Shown here in pieces: positions 37,700-50,344 of a stretch of 64,000 nt of DNA (the first letter of the stretch is position 1; each line of letters opens with the position of its first letter). The stretch covers positions 10,493,480-10,557,479 of the forward strand of contig CM121342.1 of assembly GCA_051530055.1 (NCBI GenBank), written 5' to 3'. The notes beneath the pieces were generated by a model. That model searched no databases. It was not told the origin of the DNA and was given only the letters and a program-made list of their open reading frames with translations. Origin of the DNA: Neoechinorhynchus agilis (taxonomy: Eukaryota > Animalia > Acanthocephala). The position numbers and the translations under genes were made by a program.

Positions 37700-38668
37700 A
37701 TGACATCGGATTATTTCACCTTCTCCAACGGTGACCATATTCCTAAAATCGGTCTCGGAACGTGGCAATCAAAAGGGGATTCCGTATATACTGCCGTCCT
37801 CAGTGCCCTCCACGCCGGATATCGCCACATTGACACCGCTTGGGCTTATTTTAATGAACACGAAGTAGGAAAGGCTATTTCGAAATTCATTGATGAGAAA
37901 AGTGGGCATGTTTCACGACAGGATATCTTTGTGACTTCTAAACTTTGGAATACTTTTCATTCAAAGGAACAAGTCCGTGTAGGTTTACAGGAGTCGCTTA
38001 CTGCCCTTAATCTAAACTATGTGGACTTATTTCTGATGCATTGGCCTTGCGGTTATAAGGAAAAAATAGCTGGGACTTCGGTTCCTTTTGGACAAGATGG
38101 AAAAGTCGCTTTTTCGGACATTGACTATATTGAAACCTATAAAGCGATGGGCGAACTCAAAGATGAAGGAAAAATTAAACACATTGGAGTAAGTAATTTC
38201 AGCATTTCTCAAATGGAACGAATCGCTCAGTTGATTCCTGAGTATAAAATAGAGGTTCTGCAAGTAGAGGCTCATCCATTGTACCCTCAACGACAGATTA
38301 AAGAGTATTGCGATTCAAATGGAATTATCATGCAAGCCTACGCAAGTCTTGGTGCACCCATGAGGTCCAGTCGCAAGGAAGGTGATCCAGTGTTAATGGA
38401 AAATCCAGTAATTACTGAAATTGCAACTAAGCGGCTGGCAACGCCTCCACAAATTTTAATCAAATGGTGTCTTCAGACGGGAATGGTATGCCTCCCGAAA
38501 TCAGTGAATCCAGAACGTATCATATCCAACTTTGCAGCACAAAAGTTGCCTGATTTAAGCAAAGATGAAATGCAGAAGATTAATGATCTTGAAACTGGGT
38601 TGAAATTCTATACTTGCAGGGATGCTAAGGGCCATAAATATGATCCATTCGCTGACATGAGAAAATAA
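37700..38668 (+). CDS. Aldo-keto reductase (AKR1-like), single exon
   Basis: IGLGTW, GYRHIDTA, Y, VTSKLW, LMHWP (D-Y-K-H tetrad), IGVSNF, LPKSVNPERI. Confidence 0.95.
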   Translation: MTSDYFTFSNGDHIPKIGLGTWQSKGDSVYTAVLSALHAGYRHIDTAWAYFNEHEVGKAISKFIDEKSGHVSRQDIFVTSKLWNTFHSKEQVRVGLQESLTALNLNYVDLFLMHWPCGYKEKIAGTSVPFGQDGKVAFSDIDYIETYKAMGELKDEGKIKHIGVSNFSISQMERIAQLIPEYKIEVLQVEAHPLYPQRQIKEYCDSNGIIMQAYASLGAPMRSSRKEGDPVLMENPVITEIATKRLATPPQILIKWCLQTGMVCLPKSVNPERIISNFAAQKLPDLSKDEMQKINDLETGLKFYTCRDAKGHKYDPFADMRK

Positions 38669-39249
38669 GAATTTTAAGTGATTACATCGTGCACTACTAT
38701 TTAGAACAAAACGTGAAAATATTCGACGAAGTTTGCAAAAACGCTCCAGTATTAGTTTTTCACGATCATAGAAAATCACAAACTACATTGGCACAATCTT
38801 GCCAATTGCCCGCTGCCTAAACAATGATCATGTAATAAATGAATTGAAATGATACTACTAAGATAAATTTAAAAATCATATCTTAGCTTTTTTGTGACTA
38901 GGATGAAAATCACGAATGTGTTTTATTTAACATGTCGATAAACTTCCTAATGCTAAAAACAAGAATTCGATTTTCCTGGTTGTTAAAATTAAAAATTCAA
39001 AAATTTTATTTAAATCTTGGAAATGGTGACGATGACTCACCTAAATAAAAACTAGAGCGACTTATATTTTGTTTTTATAATTAAATTTTTATTGCCAGTA
39101 AAACCGTAATTTCTGTCCTCTTGATAGTTTAAAGCTGTAATTAAAAAAATATGTTTTTTATTTTAGAATCTAAAGACACTTGTTGGCTCTAGAGCAATGA
39201 TCGTTTCTTTGTTTGGTTGGTGTGCTGTAAATTCTTATCTTTAATAAAT

Positions 39250-39385
39250 GTGTTTTGCTTATGGCGGAAAAATTGAAGGAATTTATTAAATCCGACATTT
39301 CAGCACTCTCATACCAAGCAATCTTGATAAAGGCACGAGACTGCCGAAATATCCGATTTAATGAATTAAGCTCTCCTGCGAACAA
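39250..39385. mobile_element. MITE family B, diverged
   Basis: gaatttattaaatccgacatttcagcac / gccgaaatatccgatttaatgaatt inverted arms. Confidence 0.6.
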
Positions 39386-39473
39386 TATCCGCCAATCCCC
39401 ACTGTATATTACTACCCGAACGGACTTCTCCCGACCTCACCAAATCCACATTCCATACTTTCAAACCAATATT

Positions 39474-40360
39474 TTAATTTAAATTTAATTTTACATATAC
39501 GACCCAGATATAGTTGATTTATTTGCCTAGCTTTCGCCGTTCTACGGCTTCAACTGGGCAATCTAAAATGTGTGAGGTTCCGCATCGACTCCACTAGCTC
39601 ATCCCTCTTGTTGATGATGAGGTGCATCCGCCCGCCCTCATCCTCAGTTCTTTCCCGATTCGAACCCATCGCCTCTCCCGAAATCAACAGTGTCTGATGA
39701 TCTCGAGAGGAATCGGCAAAAGTTAAAGCCCATTCTGAAGATTCCATTCGAACGACGCCTGGTTCACCGGATGCGTCCAATCATGACGAGGACGGGGGAC
39801 ATCATGAAGCACTAAGTTCACGCCCGAGCGCATGTAAGATGTGTAGTTTTGCGCCAGGCAAGGACACGAGCATGAAGGGTCAATATGGTGGTGCTCGGTG
39901 TGGAGATAACGCAACGTTGTGTATAAGATGACCTGCGAACGTCGCAAATAAAAAGGAAATGGCGTTATGTCACATACATTGGGAAGACGGAGCGACCGCT
40001 GAACAAACGAGTTACATGGAACATGTTCGTAATGCGCTCAACCCCAGCGTGCCAGCAGTCACACCTTGGGCGGAACACCATTCGCAGTGCCATTCAGATG
40101 GCGAGGTGAACCTCTCTACCGAAATCATTTATATAGCCCGAGACCCGGTGGATTTAACAATAGCGGAGGTGCTGTTGATTTCGGGGGCGGATGCACCTCA
40201 ACAAGATGGATGAGCTAATGGAGTCGATGCGGGTGTTGTGATGTGTTTGTGTCTCCCGCCTCACATTTTAGATTGCCCAGTTGAAGCCGTAAAACGGCGA
40301 AAGCTAGGCAAATAAATAAACTATATCTGGGTCGTATTTGTCAAATTAAATTAAAATTAA
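39474..40360 (+). mobile_element. Penelope-like element fragment (GIY-YIG remnant) with inverted pseudo-LTRs
   Basis: ~160 bp inverted arms (39474-39640 vs 40184-40360); frameshifted NVVYKMTC (~39913), YIGKTERPLNKR (39975), AEHH..CH...IAEVLLI...LNK motifs typical of PLE endonucleases. Confidence 0.75.
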
Positions 40361-40752
40361 GACATGCGCCTGGAAAATCAAGCAGCGATTCACGCTATTA
40401 CAAACTAATATTGTTTATCGCTAAAATACCCAAAATTAAGTGGGTCCAATTCTTGTTAACTAACAAATAAGCGTGTTATTATAATCTTCAAACTTAATAA
40501 ATGTGCAAATCCTGCCCCTCTAATTTACGAATGAATATTAAATATTTTAAAATATAGTAATGACTGATGCCTTGCAAATATAAAGCTTAACATCCAATTA
40601 TTGAAATAAAATGTTTGCTCCTAGTCTAAAAAAGCTTGTGCTTTTCATGTGTGAGAAAGGGTTTTATGGTATGACTTTTAAGAACACTGATAGGATAATA
40701 ATATATTTGTTTAAATAGAGACGTAAAACCACTGAAAAATAATAAAGGTAGC

Positions 40753-41448
40753 TCAAATATCCTTGATTCGTTTTGGCTGTTGCGTTGCATTCGTATTCAA
40801 TTTTGAAGGGCGCATAACTACCCGTGGTGGACGTTGTTCCATCGGCACTTCGGGTAACTGTTCCTCCACTGGAGTTTGAATCAGTATTACGATCGGTTGT
40901 ATTATTGGCTGCGGACCGAAGTATTGATGTTGACGAGTTGGAGGAAATTGATTAAGAATGGGAGCCTGCAAGTGTTCCTGAGTAATAGGCTGTTGGATGA
41001 ATTGCGATCCTGATTCGTGTGAATATTGTGGATAATGCAATCCATTTGTGTCGGTCAATTCTAAGCCATAGTTACGTTGATCAAGCCAGAGGTCTTCTAA
41101 TGGTTGCTCGTCATTCCCGAAATCGAAATTCGTAAAGTTTTGAATCTGGGATTCACTCAAAAACTCCGGATCAATGAGATTTATTGCCACCTCAGGAAGA
41201 GACGGCATTGCATTTTGACCTTCAGATCCTGCTGGCTTTAATAAATTGATAACTACGGACTCTCTTTTATGCATGTCCCTTTCCTCAGTTGGTAACGCAG
41301 CGAGAAAATCGAGAACGGCGAGTAAGATGTAAACGTGATCATACATGACTTTAATGCGGATTTCAATAACACTATTGGGAATGATTTTCATATACGGAAA
41401 AAGAAGAGGATGAAACGACCGTTGGTTATTGTTTGAATTTGCAAACAT
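40753..41448 (-). CDS. Hypothetical low-complexity Q/P-rich protein
   Basis: 231-codon ORF in AT-rich DNA; no recognised domain; true start uncertain. Confidence 0.5.
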   Translation of the reverse strand: MFANSNNNQRSFHPLLFPYMKIIPNSVIEIRIKVMYDHVYILLAVLDFLAALPTEERDMHKRESVVINLLKPAGSEGQNAMPSLPEVAINLIDPEFLSESQIQNFTNFDFGNDEQPLEDLWLDQRNYGLELTDTNGLHYPQYSHESGSQFIQQPITQEHLQAPILNQFPPTRQHQYFGPQPIIQPIVILIQTPVEEQLPEVPMEQRPPRVVMRPSKLNTNATQQPKRIKDI

Positions 41449-41854
41449 TCGAAAGAGATTTTCTGTTGTTTATTGCTCACTTGTATTGATTATTCGAAAG
41501 CAGTTAGTACACTCATTTCAAAGGGATTGTATAATGATCGCCATTTCTTAAAAATGCTGTGTGAATTGGTTTAAAAAAGCAAGATTTTACTCTCATTTAA
41601 AAATAAAGAATCGCAAATGCTCCCAGTCTCTACAGTGTCCTAAAAACGGCATCTATTTTCATCGAAAAAAAGACCAATAGAAACTCGAGAACGATCTGTG
41701 AGGAAAGCTTTTGTCAAAAAGTGTAGTTAGTTATAACTCCTTTTTGCACTAGATGCGCCGCCTGAAGAGGTATCAGCTGTTAAGTGACATTTCTGTGGCT
41801 TATTTATACTGAACAACGAACTTATAATGAGTCAGGTTAAAAAAGTTCAGACAA

Positions 41855-44800
41855 ATGGTATTTAGCTCTGTAGTCTGCAGTCTTTTTAAGAACTTATTTA
41901 GAGGCAAGTTGTGAGTGTTCACGTTGGTCAAGCTGGGATTCAGATTGGTGGATGCTGTTGGGAGTTGTATGGAACAGAGCATAACATTAGCGTCGATGGT
42001 TACAGTCATTCGGATGGGATTTATAAAAAAGTGAATGAATCTTTAAGATTTTTAAGTGAGGATCAGTTCTCGACGTTTTATAATGAAACACCACATGGAA
42101 AGCTTGTTCCGCGAGCTGTTCTTGTAGATCTGGAACCGACAGTGATAGGTAAGTTGATTTATAGCTTTGATATTAGGAGAAATCTTTAGGCAGTTGAAAC
42201 TTTGATTGCTGTTAAGCATAAATTCAATAGATATAATTAACATAACCTCCAGAATCTGGGAGCAGAAATCATTCACACCGCCGCTCTGGGTAATGGTTCA
42301 AAGAGGGATGCAGCGTTCCTTCCCGTTGCACAGCCAGGATTATGTTTTGTGGGAGGAATGCTCTTTATCTCAAATCGCCAGTGATTCGTCTCAATCTCTT
42401 GGGCAATTGCTTGACCGGGTCCTGTGCCGTGGTACCAAACGACCCAAATGTCTCGACGCCAAAGGGAACAAAATGATGATTTCGACTCAGGTCCTTGTAT
42501 TTTGCCTTTTTGCGTTCTTCAGCAGCGGTTGCTGCTCCCCTGGTGTAATGGTAGCGAATTTTATGTTGCTGGCTGCGATCGTGTCCATGAACGTAGCGTC
42601 CCGGAGAAGGCATTTTCCTTCTTGCCACGGAAATACTGTGATACCGCCCGGTCTACGGCCATCGAGTGACAAAGATTGCTCGACGCTAGGATGTTGGGCG
42701 CATTCACAGTATTCAGGGCACGAATAAGAATTGCATTTACTTCCTCGTGTCGTGAGTACATTCCGCCTGATTGCCAACAGACGAGACCATGGCGTCCCGA
42801 TGGTTCCACGTTCGCTCCTCAACGGCAGCGATAGGACGTGCACATCGATACCCCAAATCTCAGGGACACTGCAATCCTTACTGTCTCGTCGGAGAGAAGG
42901 GTACCCAAAGAAGCGATTTGGATAGCGTTGAGCCAAGCACCCGATTCTCCTGTAGCGACTGCCGCCAATCGAGTTCGGTTCACCAGGTCACGAGAATCTG
43001 AAATTAAAGAGTATTGAATTCTCGCTACCAGGGGTTAGTCCAAACTGATTGTTTGCAACCATTGGCGGGGACCTGCTCGCTACCCGAATCTCCGCACCAA
43101 AGATTAGCAGCCTCCACGAAATCTTCATTAAGCGTGTAATTCTCGCCAAGAACGGATTGAACTATTTTGCGGCTTGCTTCATACGATCGCAAATAAGCTG
43201 GCAGAGAAATATCGGCTACGTTTTGGATACCCAAACCGCCGGACGACACAGGCAAGGACGCGTGATGTCAGGCCTCGTCCGACAGCTAAGTATTTTAAAT
43301 TTTCTCAAGAGAGGCTTTCACCGTCTCGTCTAATTTTGCCAGCTTATGCTTATGTCTAAAAAAGGTGCTCTGCGTAGCTTATACAGCAGTTTTGGAATGA
43401 AGAGGGCGTTCTTGATCAGGAATAGAGCCTCGTGTTAAGATAATTCATCAACTCGTTCGCACAGCAGCGAAAGTTGCGGTTGAGGATGATCAATCTCTGC
43501 TTCAATATTAGAACCAAAAATGCAGCTTCCTAGAACACTCAACCGGTCTAAAGCGATAAATTCTATCCCGGGGCCAGGTTTTGAAAATCTTTCACGGTAG
43601 TTTGCCTGGACGCCTTATCTTCCACGTCCATCATTCAAGTCTTGCATTTCGCAGCATCAAATTCAATGTCAATTTTCGCCGTATCCTTCACGAGTTTCTC
43701 CAAATCGCACAGTATTACGGAGGGGTTACCTCCGAGCGATAATCCCGAGTAAAATTTCCATTTCTTACGGTCAATAAGAGCGATATTTTAATTTTTAACT
43801 AAAGAGTTCATCTTTCATAGTCTAAAACTTTAACCTTTAATTAAGATGAGATTAGGACTGGATATTTAAAAAATCTTTTTCATCCTGGTCAGTTGATCAG
43901 TGGGAAGGAGGATGCCGCCAATAACTTTGCGCGAGGTTATTATACAATAGGAAAGGATTTTATAGGGGACGTTACAGAGCACATGAGGCGATTAGCTGAA
44001 CAATGCTCAGCACTCCAAGTACGTCTTTTTCTATTGCCCAAACACGACAATCCTTTCTCATTTGCAGGGTTTTATTTTGTTTCACTCTTTCGGCGGTGGC
44101 ACGGGAGCTGGGTTTTCGTCTTTACTAATGGAACGTTTGTCTTTGGATCACCCAAAACAATCAAAATTGGAATTTGCAGTTTATCCATCTCCAAGGATTT
44201 CAAGTTGCGTCGTTGAACCTTACAATTCAGTATTGGTAACCCATTCGACACTGGAGCACAGCGATTGTGTTTTCATTATGGACAATGAGGCATTGTTTAA
44301 TATCTGCCGAAACAAGTTACAAATTGAACTACCAAGTTTCGTTAATATTAATCGTCTTATTAGTCAAGTTGTATCATCAGTGACAGCTTCATTACGTTTC
44401 CAAGGAGCACTTAATGTGGATTTGACGGAGTTTCAAACAAACCTCGTTCCATTTTATCGAATGCATTTTCCTCTGATCAGTTATGCACCCATCATATCCC
44501 CGAATACGGCCAAACATGAACAGGTTTCAGTAAACGAGATTACAAATGCCTGCTTTGAACAATCGAATCAAATGTTGGTTTGTGATCCGGCGTCGGGGAA
44601 GTATATGGCCTGCTGTCTTTTATATCGTGGTGATGTTATTCCTAAAGATGTAAATGATGCCATTCTGAGTATAAAATCTAAAAAACGCGTTCAATTCGTC
44701 GAATGGTGTCCAACTGGTAAGTCTCTAAAATTAGTAAATATTAATTTTATTATACTCGTTTATGGCGGAAAACCTAAAAGATTTTTTATGAATTGAACAA

Positions 44801-46980
44801 ATGCGACCTACGACGTTAATAAGAAAGCTGGCTTTATAAATTCATTTTAATTTTCCACGTAAACAAGCATGAATTGTTCAATATTCAAACAATTTTATTA
44901 TAATCTCTATTTTTATTTTATCGACAATAACAAGAATCAATTTTCTTTTAAAAGATATAGTAATCGGTAACATTAAAATGTACAAGTTCCAAACAAAGAA
45001 CATATTTGCATAAAAAATTAAATTCTTGAGAAATTTGTCCAACCTCTATCAATTTTTTAAATCCAGCAGTTTCCTTAATACGATAAAGTCGATATTTCAA
45101 CTGTGTAGGTGAATATAAGTCGAAAATGTGTTTTTAGAAGAAATGAGAGCATACATTTAAATTCGTTTCGTAAATTTCGACGAGTATGATTTTTTAGCTT
45201 TGACATCAAGTTGTATATTCGTATTATGTTACGAATAGAAAATTTTCTGTAACTTTCTCCTAATTGGTTTTCCGCCGTTTATAAGATTCTTCATTTTATT
45301 AAACTAAATAACACTAAATTGAACAAAAAATTTCATTTTAATTTCATTGCACTTTCTTTGAAATCGAGGAGGTTTGCATTCTAAATCAGTGACCTTTTTG
45401 AGAAACTCGTTGTCTTTATATGGAAACAAGTTTGTGTGTTGCGTAAAATATTTCAGAAAAATTATTTTGTGTACTGAATATGTTTAATTCTTATGATTTC
45501 AGAAATCGATTATTATTATTATTATTCATTTATATATATATGTATTAGTTGGCGATAAGAAAAATAGATATTGATTTATAAATTCCCAATATTTCATCCG
45601 TCTCGTCGGAATTCTTCAGGTTGCTTGTAAGTTTTTCAACTGTGAATACATCTGCTTGTAAGTTTATTTAACTGGAAAAGCTTACAAGCAACCTGAAGAA
45701 GACCGAAGAAACGGACGAAATATTGAGAATTTATAAATCCATCTCTGTTTGCTTGTGGCGTAAAAATTAAAAGAATTTATTAAATCCGATATTTCGGCAC
45801 AATCTTGTACATACCGTGATAAAGGCACAAGATTGCGCCGAAGTATCGGATCTAATAAATTCTTTTAGTTTTTTATGCTATAAACAAAAGTGATCCGTTC
45901 AATCTTCAAACAAATCAATCTATATTTTTCTCATCACCAAAAAATAGGTGGAAATAAAGTGATTGCACGTTTTGTACTTTAAGAAATAAAATTTAATAGG
46001 TTGCAAATAAATGTGCTCTCGAAATTCTCTTGTTTTTATTTGAAGATATTCTACCTTAATATTTATTTTCATCTTTTAAATCTGGCTAGCCGGTTACATT
46101 TATTCTGTGTTGAAGTAAAGGTCCTTTTCACAGCTAATCATTTTCTTTGGGCACATAGCCCACCGATGTGGTCAGGTTAGTGATAGAGTCACTTGGACTC
46201 TGATGCATAGGTAATGAGTTTGTACATCTCTCCGGATTCTCAGGGCTTTTTCCCGAGAAGGTGGGACTCATCAGTGAGTTTTGTCCTTTCAGCGGTATTT
46301 TGTCCCCTTTGGTTACATTCCGTAGTAGTGTCGAAGTGGTCTAGTGGACATAAGTTCCGAATCCCTGTTCCAAAGTCAAAGAGTTTAATATCCACAATCG
46401 TCAATGACGCACAACCAAAGGGGACGAAATACCGCTGAAGGTAGGAAACTCACTGATGAATTCGGCTTCCTCTTTAGATGTTTGAGGATCCGGAGGGATG
46501 TACTAAACTCATAACTGCGTATGGTCCAGGGTATTAAGTGTGATTTTATGCGCTTCCTTGAATCATATCGGTGGGCATTGTGTCCAAAGAAAAATTAACA
46601 ACCGTGGAAAGGCTTTCACTTAATGTTTATATGTGATTTTTCAGGGCATTCTGTCTGTTACTGATTGCAGTTTATTTAAAAAAATTGTACTTTGCAAAGG
46701 ATTCAAGATTGGAATTAACAACAAGGCGAGAACTACAGTAATTCCCAACTGCGATCTTTCAGCTGCACCTCGCGCACTTTGTGCCATTGCAAATACAACT
46801 GCGGTTTCCGATGCATGGAATCGTTTAACCAAAAAGTTTGATCTCTTATATTCACGAAGAGCATTCGTGCATTGGTACGTTGGTGAAGGAATGGAAGAGG
46901 GCGAGTTTGGCGAAGCCAGAGAGAACCTTTGTGCTTTGGAGAAAGAATATGTGGATGTCTTAAGCGAAGAAAATAAATGA
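41855..46980 (+). CDS. TUBA: Divergent alpha-tubulin; exons 41855-41857, 41902-42148, 43846-44018, 44068-44716, 46700-46980
   Basis: [29 protein letters not shown]|[40 protein letters not shown]|[22 protein letters not shown]; all four introns GT-AG and in frame. Confidence 0.95.
42230..43760 (-). mobile_element. CRE-clade non-LTR retrotransposon fragment in tubulin intron 2
   Basis: Inverted near-identical copy of 29958-30960, plus [10 protein letters not shown] and upstream RT-thumb-like sequence ([21 protein letters not shown]). Confidence 0.85.
45545..45945. mobile_element. Composite MITE (family B nested within family A ends) in tubulin intron 4
   Basis: Family A arms at ~45550-45640 and ~45680-45745, family B palindrome ~45765-45885, then a further family A end to ~45945. 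Confidence 0.65.
46190..46535. repeat. GC-richer fold-back (long imperfect inverted repeat) in tubulin intron 4
   Basis: gagtttgtacatctctccggattctca pairs with tgaggatccggagggatgtactaaactc; catcagtgagtttt...cagcggtattt..ccctttggtt pairs with aaccaaagggacgaaataccgctg...aaactcactgatg. Confidence 0.75.
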
Positions 46981-46982
46981 TT

Positions 46983-47285
46983 TTATTTTTTAAACGGAAC
47001 AGTAGAGAATGGTCTATTGTCCACGGATTGAGCACATTCTGCAACTCTCTTTTCGACAACACAAATCATGTTAGCATCATGCATTCGTTTGATTTTCTTC
47101 ACGAGATTTGGCTTCCTTGCACGTTGCTTCGAAAACTTCTCTGTGGTGCGCTTAAACCGTTTCTCGATGATCGGTTTCAATAATGATACATTAACATTCT
47201 TTTCATGCGGAGTTTCTTGCTTCGGTTGAGTAGAAAGTTTAAAAAATCTTTTAAGCTTCTGTGCACGATGCGCTCCTTGTGGCAT
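46983..47285 (-). CDS. Possible small basic protein convergent with tubulin
   Basis: 100-codon ATG-started, K/R-rich ORF; no homology recognised. Confidence 0.35.
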   Translation of the reverse strand: MPQGAHRAQKLKRFFKLSTQPKQETPHEKNVNVSLLKPIIEKRFKRTTEKFSKQRARKPNLVKKIKRMHDANMICVVEKRVAECAQSVDNRPFSTVPFKK

Positions 47286-48285
47286 CTACAATTCGTTAGA
47301 GGGCATTAGGTTTCCAATCAATCACAAAAAGTTTGACACGGTTCCTTTAAGTATGAAATCAATAACCGATGTTCATAGGAAGGCGAGACTTTAATCTCGC
47401 CATTTAGCAAAGAAAATGTACTGAAATCTCGGTATAATTTCTTCAGTCCAACGCCTAAATTTTTCTTTTAGGAAAATATATCTCCGGGAAAAAGTTTAAC
47501 TCGAATTCGCACCTTCATTACTTTTTGGAAACTTCATATGTTTATCAACGCAAATTGAGACTAATAATTGCTCTGCTTCGGATATCAAATGCCATTTGAT
47601 TAAGGTTCACAAACTAAAACTAAGATACTTCGAACACTTTGCATAATTACGAAAGTTGTATGTTACTTAAAAATATCCGATGTTCCCCAATAAAGTGTAG
47701 TAAACAAGTGTAATAAATTGTTGGCGGTCATTAATCCTTGTCTTCTAGAACAAAATCTACACAAAAACTGTTTAATCAGATGAAAATTAGAGAATTTAAA
47801 GGTTGTTTAAGTTTATCTTCAAGTGAAATATATTTGTTTCGCTTTTGGATATGCCAAAATCGTTATATTTTGAGATTCCCAAAAATCAAAAAATTTAATT
47901 AAAAAGTACTCATACAGCCTTTAATGAATTTACAAAATCATTTTGTAAAACTTCAAAATTAACGAATCCCATATAATAGTCGATTAATTTACAATGATTG
48001 ATCAGGCAATAAAATATTTTCTATCCAATTTCTTTAACGCTAATATTGTAGAAGACAAAATTCGTTCGAGTTTACTACAGTTTATATGAAATCAAAAAAT
48101 CTCGTTCGTAATCCTATTGAATATTTCACTGAATGATCCTCAATGTGATTGCCGCTGTTGAAAAGAACCGAAAAAATCGCTTCTGCCTTTAGGAAATTCA
48201 AAGTTTAAGAGATCGGTTAAATTGCAACATAAAAAAATCTTCCTCAAAAATCGACTGTATTTCATCCGTTTCACACTCGAACAAC

Positions 48286-49307
48286 CTAGACGTCAACCTT
48301 TTCAATGAACTTCACAACAAGATGTTGAACGACAACGGATGCACCGGCAACGGCCTGCAGAACTTCCTCGTGAGTAGTATGATGTTCCGCATCGTATTCA
48401 TCGGGGATCATATCGGAAATTATAGCAAGTCCAATAACATCGATTCCACAGTGAGCAGCGGATGTTGCTTCGTGTGCAACACTCATGCCGGCTGCACCTA
48501 CACCCCACGATCTAAATAAAAGACTTTCCGCGACGGTTTCGAAAGCCGGTCCACTGATACATAAATAAACGCCTTCTTTGACGATATTTCCTGCTCCACT
48601 TGAAGAACCAATTGAACGCATAAGATCTCGATATTTCTTCTGATAAACGTTTAACAAAGGTGGAAAACGTGGTCCAAATCGATCATCGTTCGGTCCGGTG
48701 AGTGGACTAAGTCCACAAAGAGCTGGAAGATTGATGTGATCTTTGATAATCATAACGTCCCCTTTTTGAAGGAACGTAGCGACTCCACCAGCGGCACAGG
48801 TCGTAACGAGCAATTTGATGCCAAGTAACTTCATGACTTTAACAGGTAAACAACAAAGGGCGGCAGCGTGTCCTTCATAACTATGGAAGCGACCACTAAG
48901 GCAGAGAACGGGTTTTCCGGAAATTCGGCCAATCAGCATGCTTCCTTTATGACCGAGGACACTCGGCACAGGGAAGTCCGGGATTTCTTCATAAGGAATA
49001 ACAGTTGCATCTTGGACAACATCCGACAAATGCCCAAGCCCGCTACCACATACAATCGCTAATTTCGGACGGATTTCAGTCCGCGATTTGATTAAATCGA
49101 CAATGGCCTTGACAACGTCATATGTCAAATGCCTAAAACGAGGATTGCAATCGGAAATTAACGAATCAAAATGGCGTACCGGTTAACACTGGCGTTGTAG
49201 TTCTCTGCAAGTTCTGAACAGGATCCTTCGCAATCTGCAGTTCCCGTCTCTTTGGAAGAAGGCTATCAAGAACGTTTAGAGAAAAAAAATATAACCCAAC
49301 TTACCAT
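48286..49307 (-). CDS. PNP: Purine nucleoside phosphorylase; exons 49307-49305, 49262-49180, 49132-48286
   Basis: AIVCGSGLG, PSVLGHKG, GRFHSYEG, IKDHINLP, GPNDDRFGPRF, GPAFETVAE, GMSVAHE; two canonical introns (42 and 47 nt) give an in-frame ATG. Confidence 0.93.
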
Positions 49308-50344
49308 TTAGTCTTTTAAGCAAAAAGCGAAATGTACACGAGAAGTTCAGCTGAATGAAAAAAAATGAAAGAATTCACAAACAATTACGTCATCTAGAAA
49401 ATTTAGATGTGTACTGTGAAGAGATTTCTTAAAATTCAACACGTTCATTAAAATTTTCGTCCGCTTTAATTGAGGATATTTTCATTTTTTCAACAAATCG
49501 ACAAATGAAATCGTTACTAGCACATTGCTAGCGCCGTCCTTCTAAAGGCTCCAATGAGCAAGGATTTGACGAAATGATCGGTGGACTCGTTCACGAGTTC
49601 CAACCATAAACTATAAAGACGACAATTGGTAAAACGTCGTAAACACTTGCAAAGAACCTATTGATCGTTCATTTGAAAAGCAATTGACGCATTCACAGTT
49701 GAAAAATCTTACAAACAAAATAATTATTGCAAACAATTAACTTACGAGCAAAAACTTACAAGCCATCGGCATGTCAACGATTCCATTGCCGTCCTCTCGC
49801 TCCACTCGGGACTTAACAATCTCACCAAACCACGATTCGCCGCACGCTCGACGCTGCTGACGCAGGCCCCCTCAACGCGTCACCTGTTGATCACGCGGAT
49901 CACGAGAGGACCGACGCTGCAAATTCACAAAATCAACTTTGGTCCGAACAACCTGTTGAGAACAAGCAGCAAACGGAAATTTCATGTACTCTGAGAGGTG
50001 AGGCGAATGCTGCCCGAGATCTGCCTTGTCTGTGACAAGCAGATTAAATTACGAAATCGGGTAGAATTTATGAACTATGGCCCAAGGGATTCCCGATGTG
50101 TTGGTTCCGGCCTTCTGCTGGCAAGCTCTGCTCCCCAGCTCAGTGAACCTTGCCAGAACATCCAAAACATCGTAGGTCAGGTCACTACCTGGTTCAAAAT
50201 ATCAGCATCGCCGTGTTGAGAGGCAACACGACAAGCATTCGGGTAACAATTGAGGACGAGGACGGTTAAGCATTTTTGCCCGATAAAGTTTTCCTCCAAG
50301 ATTTTGATAAATAAGTCAACAAACTATCCAACTGTATAAATAAG

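Noticed and set aside
37700-38668. Horizontal transfer of the intronless aldo-keto reductase
   Set aside because: Motifs fit animal AKR1-type enzymes, and lack of introns alone is not evidence.
42149-46699. End-pairing in the two long tubulin introns
   Set aside because: Both have consensus GTAAGT donors and no convincing terminal complementarity, so they are not counted in the inverted-repeat intron class.
49750-50270. GC-richer segment with a 73 aa CxxC ORF
   Set aside because: No diagnostic domain; probably a TE fragment but unsupported.
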